Of a stretch of DNA of 64,000 nucleotides, positions 30,516 to 39,118 are shown piece after piece. Position numbers and translations under genes: made by a program. How positions within the stretch are numbered: the stretch's first letter is position 1; the number at the start of each line of letters is the position of its first letter. Source of the stretch: SAR324 cluster bacterium (lineage in GTDB: Bacteria > SAR324 > NAC60-12); assembly GCA_014382365.1 (NCBI GenBank), contig JACNJW010000024.1:225-64224 (forward strand), in the 5' to 3' direction. The notes under the pieces were generated by a model. That model searched no databases and was not told the DNA's origin. It saw only the letters and a program-made list of their open reading frames with translations.

Positions 30516-31889
30516 TTAGCGCTTTGTTTCATTTTCTAATAATTGAAGAATTTCTTTCCGTCGGCTGAAAATGGCATAATTAACTGCTGTTTTCTTCTCA
30601 AAATCAAAAATACTTGAATCCCCTCCATTATTCAGCAGTAAACCTACAGCACCTAATCTTCCACTGCCGGCAGCCAGCATCAATGCTGTTTGCCCTTTAT
30701 TATTCTGCATGTTTACTTCTGCACCACGTTTTAACAATTCCCATAAGGCCTGCAAATTTCCTCTCTCTGCGGCCCACATGAGAGCAGTCCAACCTTCATG
30801 AGTTCTGGCATTCAAATTTGCCCTGGCTTTTAATAGCATCGTCAGCATCGAATAATTTCCGTGAAATGCCGCCCACATCAGCGGAGAAAAATTACCCTTA
30901 TCCGGATTAGCACCATGACTCAACAATAATTTTGCGATTGAAACATCTTCCAGTGAAGTGGCCCAAACTAGTGGTGATTCATTCACATCGTCTACTATAT
31001 CTACATTTGCTCCATGAACAACCAGTAGTTTGACCAGTTCTTTATTTTGCAGTTTGACTGCCTGCATCAAAGGTGTGTATCCATTCTGATCCCTTAATTC
31101 CAAGTCAACACCTGCGTCAAGTAAGAGTTGGACTTTAACCAGGTTTTGTTTTTTAACTTCCAGCATCAGAGAACTATTTGTCGCTACTTGAGCAATTTCA
31201 TTTTTCTGCAATATCTTATTTTCTGCCAAAGTAGATGAGTTGTCTTTGAGGAGCACTTGCTCTATTTTTCCTGACTGATAATCCGGCCAGAGCAAAACCA
31301 GTAGCACAATGGAAACGCCAGTTAAACTAAAAAACATAATCCAACCAAACAGCATCCAGCTTGTATATTTTACTGGTACTGTTTCCACTACAGTACTTAC
31401 TGCGTCAGGCTGATTTTCAACTAGTTCTGGTTCCAGCATTTCAGCAGAATTTCGTTTTATTTGAATCTCTTCAATTAGTTGATTTCCTGAACTTGTCTGC
31501 TCTTTAGAAAAGAAGGGTGTTGAAAAACGAGAAAAATATTTTGGTTTAATCGTAAACGTGTCTTTTAACTGTTGTTGCTGTTCAATAATTTGTGGTCTTC
31601 CTTCAGAAATAGACAACAGAATTGCCGGGTCAAGCTGAGAACTTCCTGAAATTGTAATTGGGATATTTTGAAGGCGAACATGCCTGATAAGTAATCCCAG
31701 TAACTCCTGAGTATCATGGCTTATGACTTGCAGATTGTTTAAATCAAGATTAACCTTTTGTGAGTTACTTGAAGCTATACTCCCTTCAAGAGCATGCATT
31801 GCCGGCTGAATGTCAACATGCCTCAACTCATCAACTACTTTCAAAGTTGCAATTTGATTTTTTTCAGTGAGAACAATGCGATTCAACAT
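30516..31889 (-). CDS. STAS-like domain / single TM / ankyrin-repeat protein
   Basis: N-terminal ~95 aa resembles an anti-sigma-antagonist-like STAS fold (LKVVDELRHVDIQPAMHALEG...KVNLDLNNLQVISHDTQELLGLL). One TM (MLFGWIMFFSLTGVSIVLLVLLW). At least 5 C-terminal ankyrin repeats (TPLMQAVK..., SPLVWAT..., SPLMWAAFHGN..., TALMWAAERGN..., TALMLAAGSGR). Confidence 0.65.
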   Translation of the reverse strand: MLNRIVLTEKNQIATLKVVDELRHVDIQPAMHALEGSIASSNSQKVNLDLNNLQVISHDTQELLGLLIRHVRLQNIPITISGSSQLDPAILLSISEGRPQIIEQQQQLKDTFTIKPKYFSRFSTPFFSKEQTSSGNQLIEEIQIKRNSAEMLEPELVENQPDAVSTVVETVPVKYTSWMLFGWIMFFSLTGVSIVLLVLLWPDYQSGKIEQVLLKDNSSTLAENKILQKNEIAQVATNSSLMLEVKKQNLVKVQLLLDAGVDLELRDQNGYTPLMQAVKLQNKELVKLLVVHGANVDIVDDVNESPLVWATSLEDVSIAKLLLSHGANPDKGNFSPLMWAAFHGNYSMLTMLLKARANLNARTHEGWTALMWAAERGNLQALWELLKRGAEVNMQNNKGQTALMLAAGSGRLGAVGLLLNNGGDSSIFDFEKKTAVNYAIFSRRKEILQLLENETKR

Positions 31890-31999
31890 AGGGATTGGTC
31901 TGTAATGGCAGGAAGGTTGCAGAGTTGAGAAAGCCCAAATTAATTATTTCTCTTTAAGAGAATCAGCAAAAAACACACCAAATTTTAGACATTTTTCAA

Positions 32000-32998
32000 A
32001 TGGAAAAGTTTATGCGCAGATATCTTGTGCTGCAATGCATCTTTGCTTTAATAATGACTACTGCACAGGCAGAAGAAGCAGTTTTTTGGAAAGACAGGCA
32101 AATCTCTCAATTAGAACAGTTGACACCCAGTCTAGTTGAAGCAGTTCAAAGTATGCAGTCAAAGATTAGTTCAGTTGCAATTTCAAGCATTTCTTATGGA
32201 GATGCACTGCCAGCTAGTTTTCGCAAAGTTGCTAATGCCCGTTTACAACAAACACTAACTAATCTCCTTAAGTTAAAAGTCAGTATTTGCGAACCGTGCA
32301 GTCAAATTCGAACCGACATTTCCGGTAGTTTCCTTAAAATAAGCCGCGGAATTGCTGATGACAAATATCGCCGTGAAGCTGCCAAAGAATTGAATGTAAA
32401 GGGGTTTTTAGATATTGCTATATTTACCAGTGATGGAGACCAACTTTCAATTTCACTAAATGCATACGAGGCAAAAGATGGAGAAATTGTATTTTCTAAA
32501 ATAGTTACGGGTATGCCGCCCAAAAGTGGTTCCTACATTCACGCCTTTTACGGTAAAATGACAGTCCCTATTACATACACTAGCACATCAACTGGAAGCA
32601 GTACCTCAGTAGATCACCAGGCCAGAGTTTTGGGTGCAGAAAAGATGGTGAGACTTACAGATGACTGGAGTTTTACCGGAGGCGGAGCAATGTTGAGCGA
32701 TGATAATTCCAATCTAACAGAAAAATACGAAAAAGCAATTACAGGATTTTTAATTGATGGCACTATCAGTTATGATGTTTTCAATTTTGGTGGTGATCAG
32801 GTTGCATTATCTATGATTGCAGGACTGGGTATGATGACCGTGACACCTTTTAACAATCCTTCTTATTTCAAAACAGGTTTCAGTTTCTCAGTAGCAGAAC
32901 AATTAACTCTTAATTACCATTACCTGGCAATGCTGACAACTGATACAAGCGCCACAGCCTCTGGTGCATCAATTATTTCAATTGGCTGGAAATTCTAA
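32000..32998 (+). CDS. hypothetical secreted protein, probable outer-membrane beta-barrel
   Basis: Signal peptide (IFALIMTTAQAEEA). Alternating hydrophobic pattern toward the C-terminus. C-terminal ...SIGWKF ending in Phe, as in OM beta-barrels. Confidence 0.5.
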   Translation: MEKFMRRYLVLQCIFALIMTTAQAEEAVFWKDRQISQLEQLTPSLVEAVQSMQSKISSVAISSISYGDALPASFRKVANARLQQTLTNLLKLKVSICEPCSQIRTDISGSFLKISRGIADDKYRREAAKELNVKGFLDIAIFTSDGDQLSISLNAYEAKDGEIVFSKIVTGMPPKSGSYIHAFYGKMTVPITYTSTSTGSSTSVDHQARVLGAEKMVRLTDDWSFTGGGAMLSDDNSNLTEKYEKAITGFLIDGTISYDVFNFGGDQVALSMIAGLGMMTVTPFNNPSYFKTGFSFSVAEQLTLNYHYLAMLTTDTSATASGASIISIGWKF

Positions 32999-33006
32999 TT
33001 TCAATC

Positions 33007-34359
33007 TTGAATTGTAACCAAATAAGTCGTGTCATGAAACTAACTGGCAAATTTAAATCATTTAGATCATTTTTAGCATATTTTTTAGTCAGTCTTATAC
33101 TGCTGAATGTACTTAACGGCTGCAAAACTACAGAAGAAACTGTAGAACCTGAGGTAGATCTTCCGGTAAAGAAAAAAGTGCTCTTCAATCAACAAACTGA
33201 TGGCGGCAAAAACTCTGTAACTGTGATTGAAGAAACACAAGGAAACAAAAGACTGCTGCGTGTGGTTTTACAACGCGGAGAACTGCAGTCAAACTTAATT
33301 CATCCAATTGACAGTCCAAACTTTGTAATAGCAGTACCTCTTCAGGATGCAACCAGCAAACGTTTAAGTTTAAAAACTGCTGCCTTCGAACAAAGTCTCA
33401 AAGTTAATATCGATCAATTGTTGTCACGTTATCTTTCGCCGGAACGTTTTAACGTATCTGTGATCATAAATTGGGACAAAAAATTGCTGCAGGAAGTACA
33501 GTTAAAAAACTTGCCCCTCAATTCTGATGCAGCAAAAAGTGATACTGATGATGATTTAACTGATGACGGTACAATTTCAGAAAGCACAAAGCGAAACCAT
33601 GAATTAAAAGAAGCCCTTAAAACAATTCAGGTTAGTGTCTTGCTCGATAACACTTTACCTGAAACGCAGGAACAATTTTTACGAAAATTAATACCTGCAC
33701 AGGAATTCTATTTTGCAGAACGTGGTGATACTGTTTCAGTCGAACGGACATCTTTTCCAAAACCATTTTCTGACAGTATTGCTCCATACGAGGAACAGAT
33801 TGTCCGGAGAAAATTACATGAGTTATTGGTAAAATATATTGCCAAAACTGATTTTGTGGTCAATGTAAAATTTTCTTTGATCCAAAGCAATGAAGAAACT
33901 AAAAATGCTCCACCTGCGTCCAGTAATATAAAAATGGAGATAAACTTACTCCTTGATGATACGGTTCTGCCAACTGTAGACACTTTCCTGAAAGAAGCAG
34001 TTCCACTGGCAATTAATTTTGATGCAGAGCGCGGAGATTCTCTTGCAATTATTCGTAAAAGTTTTCCTGAACGTTCTGACAGTTCAATCTCTCCAGAACA
34101 ACGAAGTGCACTAAAAGATTATCGAGTAAAAATACTTGAAGCTTTCCAGACAGGAGACTATGTTGCAGGACTCGAATGGGCAGAAAAGGGGTTGAAAGTA
34201 GCAGTGAAACGAACTGACAAAATTTTTATCTTAAAAATGAAAGGGTCTTTGCATTTTCTACTCGAAGAAAAAGATGAAGCTTTGGAGATGTGGCAGCATG
34301 TTCAGCGTTTAGATCCAAAAGATGAAGAAGTACGTCAAATGTTAAACAATCTGGAGTAA
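33007..34359 (+). CDS. hypothetical lipoprotein with internally duplicated domain and C-terminal TPR-like motif
   Basis: Probable start at the ATG at 33034 (MKLTGKF...LILLNVLNGC lipobox). Two copies of a ~90-aa module containing AERGD (FYFAERGDTVSVERTSFP / INFDAERGDSLAIIRKSFP). Terminus ALEMWQHVQRLDPKDEEVRQMLNNLE. Confidence 0.55.
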   Translation: MNCNQISRVMKLTGKFKSFRSFLAYFLVSLILLNVLNGCKTTEETVEPEVDLPVKKKVLFNQQTDGGKNSVTVIEETQGNKRLLRVVLQRGELQSNLIHPIDSPNFVIAVPLQDATSKRLSLKTAAFEQSLKVNIDQLLSRYLSPERFNVSVIINWDKKLLQEVQLKNLPLNSDAAKSDTDDDLTDDGTISESTKRNHELKEALKTIQVSVLLDNTLPETQEQFLRKLIPAQEFYFAERGDTVSVERTSFPKPFSDSIAPYEEQIVRRKLHELLVKYIAKTDFVVNVKFSLIQSNEETKNAPPASSNIKMEINLLLDDTVLPTVDTFLKEAVPLAINFDAERGDSLAIIRKSFPERSDSSISPEQRSALKDYRVKILEAFQTGDYVAGLEWAEKGLKVAVKRTDKIFILKMKGSLHFLLEEKDEALEMWQHVQRLDPKDEEVRQMLNNLE

Positions 34360-34362
34360 GGA

Positions 34363-35580
34363 ATGAGAAAATATACCGTTTCGGCTGCAGAGACATTTCT
34401 TTACAGAGTGCTGTTCCTGTCTCTGCTCATTTTTTGTTTGGCAGCTAATGCATCTGCACAGGTCACTTCAGAATCTGAAGATGAAGTACAAGCAGAAGAT
34501 CCTTCACCCGAAAAAGCTGCTGAAGCTGCTGAAAAAAAACAAACCCTTGAAGAATTACTTGCTGTTCCGTTTAACCAGATCAAGAAAGAGCAGGAAGAAG
34601 AAATTAGCAAATTTACTGATGGAAAAAGCGGAGATCTTCCAAACAGTAGTAAAAATGGAGATGTTAAATTACCTCCACCTCCGGAACAAAGAAAAGTAGA
34701 GCACGATTTAGAAAAACAGTTGGACGTTATTTTTCGGGAAAAGTTACCAAAGGAGTACGTTGGAGTTTCAGTAAGCATTCGTTATATTCTGGAAACCGTA
34801 CCTGTCACTAAACAGGACAAGAATATCTCAAAAATTAAATTACCTGGATTTGACAACAATGTCTGGGTGCCGACACAAACTGAAAAAATTGTTGGTATCG
34901 TAAATCAAGTACGTCCATACACTACAATTTTTGCAGTTGTAAACACTCCAGTTTCGTTGTTCAATGTTGAAGTACTGAGACAAACTCTCGATGAAAATAT
35001 TAAATTTCTCAATTTAACCGGCCGCGATGTACTCAAAATGGTGCATGTGCCTTTTACAACTCCAGCAAAATCTTCTGTAAATACTCTTGATAATGCAGCT
35101 GTTGAACTGGTTGAGACTGAGAATGATGATGCTGAAGAAGAAAAGTCAGCAGATTCTGAACTTGATAATAGTACTGAAAAAGAAGCTGAGACTAAAGAGT
35201 ATGCAGGGACATTAAATACAGAAGAGCCGGATGCAGCTAATAAAGAAAATGCTGGAGAAAAAACAGAAGAAAATACTGACGCAGTTTTGGAATCTGATCC
35301 TGAACCCCGTCGAATAGACATGAAAGCCAAAGTTGAAACCACACGCTATTTGCTGCAGGCACGAAAAACATACATGCAGGAAGACTATGATGCAGCAATT
35401 ACAGCACTCCGTAGAGCAATAGAACTTAATCCATTTTCTTCACAAGCTTTTGCCATGCTGGGTTCAATCTACTATAGACTTGGATGGAACAGAATGGCAT
35501 TAGAGAACTGGCAGCATGCTCTTAAACTTGATCCAACAAATGAGGGTCTGAAAAAATATCTCATGCGTTTTTCCAGGTAA
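34363..35580 (+). CDS. hypothetical periplasmic protein, acidic linker and C-terminal TPR-like motif
   Basis: Signal peptide (LLIFCLAANASAQV). Acidic low-complexity region (DDAEEEKSADSELDNSTEKEAETKE...). The terminus ALENWQHALKLDPTNEGLKKYLMRF is paralogous to the terminus of the preceding gene. Start is 4 nt after the previous stop. Confidence 0.55.
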   Translation: MRKYTVSAAETFLYRVLFLSLLIFCLAANASAQVTSESEDEVQAEDPSPEKAAEAAEKKQTLEELLAVPFNQIKKEQEEEISKFTDGKSGDLPNSSKNGDVKLPPPPEQRKVEHDLEKQLDVIFREKLPKEYVGVSVSIRYILETVPVTKQDKNISKIKLPGFDNNVWVPTQTEKIVGIVNQVRPYTTIFAVVNTPVSLFNVEVLRQTLDENIKFLNLTGRDVLKMVHVPFTTPAKSSVNTLDNAAVELVETENDDAEEEKSADSELDNSTEKEAETKEYAGTLNTEEPDAANKENAGEKTEENTDAVLESDPEPRRIDMKAKVETTRYLLQARKTYMQEDYDAAITALRRAIELNPFSSQAFAMLGSIYYRLGWNRMALENWQHALKLDPTNEGLKKYLMRFSR

Positions 35581-35582
35581 GA

Positions 35583-37544
35583 ATGACAACCAAATTTTAT
35601 TTTTATCAAATTAATAACAAACCAATTAAGCTACCTGTTATTTTCCTTCAGATATTTATCTGCACACTATTTTTGTTATGGCTCAGTCCATTTACCTCTG
35701 TACAGGCACAGGAACGTGTCAAGTCACTCAGTATCCGTCAATTTGAAATAGAAGAAGCAATCCGTAACGGACTCAAATATTATCTTGAACCCAAAGATTA
35801 TGTTTTACGGGTAAAATTGTTTGGTCAGGAGCGTGCAGTAAGTATGGCAAATGAAACCCTTCCGGGATTTGGTCAACTTAACGAACCTCCGAGTACCAGT
35901 AGTGCTAAATACTGGCAAATTACTCGAATGCGCGTAGATTTGGTCATGCATAAAGAAGTTTCACCTTCAGTAAATACTTATATTGGAGAAATCGTTCCAA
36001 TCCTCAGTGGACTTGATTATGAGCGTGGAGATGAGCTAATTTTTGTTCCAATTTTACCCAGCGATCCATTTCCTGGACAACTGGGCTCTGCTGCTGAGGA
36101 TTTACCTGACCCACTGGCTAAAGCTGTTCCTGAAGAAGTTCCTGCCGCAAAAATATCAGAAAAAGATAAAAAGCCGACAGAGGAAGAGGTAGATCCTCTT
36201 ACCGAAGAGACTGGTGAACCAAAAGAAGAATCACCAATTTGGCAGAGAATGAATGACATTGAAAAAATTCTTGCTGGAATGCTGCTCTTTTTGATCCTCT
36301 TATTTTTCTGGGTTCTCTGGAAACTGAGAAGAGTAAAAGCCGAGTCAACTGAACAAGCTGATTTGCCGGCCCTGATGCCGCCGAATCAACATACTCCACA
36401 ACTGCCTGCAGCAACTCCGCATGGTTTTGTCTCCTTTCCTGATCCAAATGATAAACTACTGGAAAATCAAGATCAACAGGAATCACAACTGAATGATGCT
36501 CTGCTCACAGCAGATAATGAGCGTCTCATACAGGAGATTGTTAAGCAACTCATAGGTCGAGATGACTGGAAACAAGAATTAGTCCATGAAATGTCCCGGG
36601 ACAAGCAGTCGATGGATATGTTGACACAGCTTATTGCTATTTTGGGAATGAATACTTCCAGAAAACTTTTTACAGGAACAATTCCACAAAAAACATTTTT
36701 GGATCTGGAAAAATTGGCTGAAGATGCCTCTCCTTCTCCAGAGGATGAAAATGCTGTTTTAAAAGATGTGCAGAAGTTTTTTCTCACCAAGCAGTTGACA
36801 GATCCTGAACAGAACAAAACAAACCCCTTTGGCTTCATGGACCAGTTGGCAACAGCTCAAATAGGATTTCTGGTAAAAGATGAGCCTGCAAAAATAAAAG
36901 CTTTTGTATTTGGACGTATGGAAAGTGAAGAGGCCGCAGAGTTGTTACGTGAACTTCCAAAAGATGAGCGTACAAAAGTTGCCTTAGAACTTGGTAAACT
37001 TCATGAATTTCCTCTGGAACTGGTTGAAAAAATTGGTTACAACCTTGCAGAAAAAGCTCGGCATGTTCCGGATCAGGGAACAGTTGGAGTTGATGGAATA
37101 AAATTCATTGCTGATGTTCTTGGCGACTTAGACTACAATACAAGACAAGAATTGATCAACGGATTAAGAACATCAGATATAAAACTTAGCGAAAATATTG
37201 AAAGTCATTGTTTTATTTTTGAGTCGATACCTGATGTCCCAAAAGATATTTTGCTGGAAGTTGTGCGAAAATTAAAACCTGATGATGTTATTACTGCAAT
37301 TTCAGGTTCAACTTCAAAAATCAAAGAAGCTGCAATCATGTGTTTTCCTGAAAAAAGCCGTGCTGCGCTAGTTTCCTCTTTAAAAACTAAATCTCCGGAT
37401 TCAGAAGAAATTCGTTCTGCACGAAAATTATTTACACAATCTATGCGGGATATGGCTGATGCAGGTCGGCTTAATCTTCAGGAAGTGAATACAAATTTTG
37501 CTAACAGCAGCAAAGAGCCTGAATCCAAAAAAGGACAATCCTAA
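35583..37544 (+). CDS. inner-membrane protein with periplasmic N-domain and cytoplasmic FliG-like (rotor middle/C-terminal) domain
   Basis: Signal peptide (…LSPFTSVQAQE). ~190-aa periplasmic part with DYERGDELIFVPILP. TM (ILAGMLLFLILLFFWVLWKL+RRVK). Cytoplasmic part has armadillo-like segments matching the FliG pattern: GRMESEEAAELLRELPKDERTKVALELGKL resembles the FliG N/middle G.E.AA.LL..L pattern, and DGIKFIADVLGDLDYNTRQELINGL...IESHCFIFESIPDVPKDILLEVVRKLKPDDVITAISGSTSKIKEAAIMCFPEKSRAALVSSL resembles the FliG GG...LN.LD...MFVFEDI...LLREV...L..AL.G....L...IL.NMS.R.A..L tract. Confidence 0.55.
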   Translation: MTTKFYFYQINNKPIKLPVIFLQIFICTLFLLWLSPFTSVQAQERVKSLSIRQFEIEEAIRNGLKYYLEPKDYVLRVKLFGQERAVSMANETLPGFGQLNEPPSTSSAKYWQITRMRVDLVMHKEVSPSVNTYIGEIVPILSGLDYERGDELIFVPILPSDPFPGQLGSAAEDLPDPLAKAVPEEVPAAKISEKDKKPTEEEVDPLTEETGEPKEESPIWQRMNDIEKILAGMLLFLILLFFWVLWKLRRVKAESTEQADLPALMPPNQHTPQLPAATPHGFVSFPDPNDKLLENQDQQESQLNDALLTADNERLIQEIVKQLIGRDDWKQELVHEMSRDKQSMDMLTQLIAILGMNTSRKLFTGTIPQKTFLDLEKLAEDASPSPEDENAVLKDVQKFFLTKQLTDPEQNKTNPFGFMDQLATAQIGFLVKDEPAKIKAFVFGRMESEEAAELLRELPKDERTKVALELGKLHEFPLELVEKIGYNLAEKARHVPDQGTVGVDGIKFIADVLGDLDYNTRQELINGLRTSDIKLSENIESHCFIFESIPDVPKDILLEVVRKLKPDDVITAISGSTSKIKEAAIMCFPEKSRAALVSSLKTKSPDSEEIRSARKLFTQSMRDMADAGRLNLQEVNTNFANSSKEPESKKGQS

Positions 37545-37599
37545 CCACAGCAACTGTCAAATATTGTAATGATCTGTGGTGCTGTTTTATCTACAGTTT

Positions 37600-38640
37600 C
37601 TATTTCTCTGCCAATGTGGTAAACACCCTTTCCGGTGAAATAGCCTTCAAACAACGCAAAACATCCGGATTTCTGCAATGACCTCGACCATCCTTGGAAC
37701 AAGGTCTGCATCTCAACCTCTCCTTTGTTTCCAGCATTTTACTACCTTCTAAGAAAGGTGCATAACCAAATTCTTTCACAGTCGCGCCAAATAACACAAC
37801 TGCAGGAGTACGCATTGCTTCAGCAAGGTGACTGACAGCAGAGTCGTTGGTGACAACAATTCTTGCGTGTCGCAACAACTCAGCAGATTCAAGTGGAGAA
37901 AACTTAGCAGCAGCATTTATTATTTTTCCAGCAAAATTTTCTTCAAGTTGAGATGTCTCACTTTCATCAGGTCCTCCAACCAGTACAATCGATAAACCCT
38001 GTTCAAGTACATTTGAAATCAGTATTTCAAAATAATCCAGAGGCCAACATTTTAAACCATAAGAAGCAGAAGGACTAACCGCAACAAATTTCTTGGATTG
38101 CAATTTGTTTTTCTTCAGATAGTTCTGGATCTGAGTGACAACTCTTTGGTCCGGAAACAGTTCTGTCTGATTTTGAAGTTCTAAGGTGGTATTTTGCTGC
38201 AAAGGCTCCAGCAGATGAACTCGTTGAGGTACTGTATTTCTAAGCAGATTCAGCTTAAAACTAAGCAACAAAGCACGTCGCCAACTGCGTTTGTTGATTG
38301 ACCATACTTTGGGAGTTTGGAACAAACTAAATCCGGAGAGATTCAGTGCAACCCAAATACTTCTCAAAGAACGGTGAGCATCATAAATTAGATCATATTT
38401 TTCCTTGCGCAATTGTTTAATCAATGAGTTAAGTTCTGAAAATGACTCATTTCTGTTGTGCATTATGAAATTGTCTATGTGGGGGTTATTATCCAAAACG
38501 GAACCAAAACCACTGGATGTGAGCAGTGTAACATCTGCATCCGGATAAACACGCTTTATTTCTCTAAATACCGGCGTCGTCAGCACTAAGTCACCCAGTG
38601 CGCTAAAACGAATTATGAGTATTTTTCGTGGATTAAACAA
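37600..38640 (-). CDS. glycosyltransferase family 9 (LPS heptosyltransferase-like)
   Basis: N-terminal ILIIRFSALGDLVLTTPVFREIKRVYPDADVTLL is typical of GT9 (WaaC/WaaF/WaaQ). Size 346 aa. Confidence 0.75.
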   Translation of the reverse strand: MFNPRKILIIRFSALGDLVLTTPVFREIKRVYPDADVTLLTSSGFGSVLDNNPHIDNFIMHNRNESFSELNSLIKQLRKEKYDLIYDAHRSLRSIWVALNLSGFSLFQTPKVWSINKRSWRRALLLSFKLNLLRNTVPQRVHLLEPLQQNTTLELQNQTELFPDQRVVTQIQNYLKKNKLQSKKFVAVSPSASYGLKCWPLDYFEILISNVLEQGLSIVLVGGPDESETSQLEENFAGKIINAAAKFSPLESAELLRHARIVVTNDSAVSHLAEAMRTPAVVLFGATVKEFGYAPFLEGSKMLETKERLRCRPCSKDGRGHCRNPDVLRCLKAISPERVFTTLAEK

Positions 38641-38732
38641 ATAACCTTTTAAAAATGTGTTAAATTTTCATGGAGCTTGCATCACATTGAAGCTCGATAG
38701 ACACTACTTTAACCAACAACCAGTCTACTAGT

Positions 38733-39113
38733 ATGAATGTAAATCAAGCCAGTAACTCATTTCTGCATGAAAAATCTGTGAATGGTGTTCAGCAACTTTC
38801 TCCATTTTCCGGATCTCACAAACTATCATTTGAAAATATCCGCAGTTTTCGCCAACAGTTTGAAGAAGGAAGTACCACATTGCGCTCTGTTTTAGGCGAT
38901 GCTCAACATCAGACAATGCTTGTTGCAATGTATGAAGGCACAGAAAAATTGTTAAATCAGGAGATTCCAGAATTTGCCGTACTTACTTATCTTGAAGGAC
39001 TAAAACTGACTGCCAGAGATTTGCGACAACAAGGACTATCAGGAGAAAATTTCCGTACATCTCTGCTTGAACATTCAGCCTCAACTGTTCGTGATCTGGT
39101 CCGCTCTTCTTAA
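38733..39113 (+). CDS. hypothetical protein
   Basis: 126-aa ORF on the opposite strand between two minus-strand genes. No recognisable motif. Coding status uncertain. Confidence 0.3.
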   Translation: MNVNQASNSFLHEKSVNGVQQLSPFSGSHKLSFENIRSFRQQFEEGSTTLRSVLGDAQHQTMLVAMYEGTEKLLNQEIPEFAVLTYLEGLKLTARDLRQQGLSGENFRTSLLEHSASTVRDLVRSS

Positions 39114-39118
39114 TCACG

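Noticed and set aside
34905-35342. 145-aa minus-strand Ser-rich ORF
   Set aside because: It is an antisense reading of the acidic, GAA/GAT-rich low-complexity region of gene 34363..35580.
35583-37544. Interpretation as canonical FliG or as MgtE
   Set aside because: Canonical FliG is soluble and ~330 aa, whereas this protein has a signal peptide, a periplasmic domain and a TM. MgtE has its FliG-like domain N-terminal, followed by CBS domains and a 5-TM C-terminus, which is the reverse topology. Hence it is reported as a FliG-like domain protein of unknown function.
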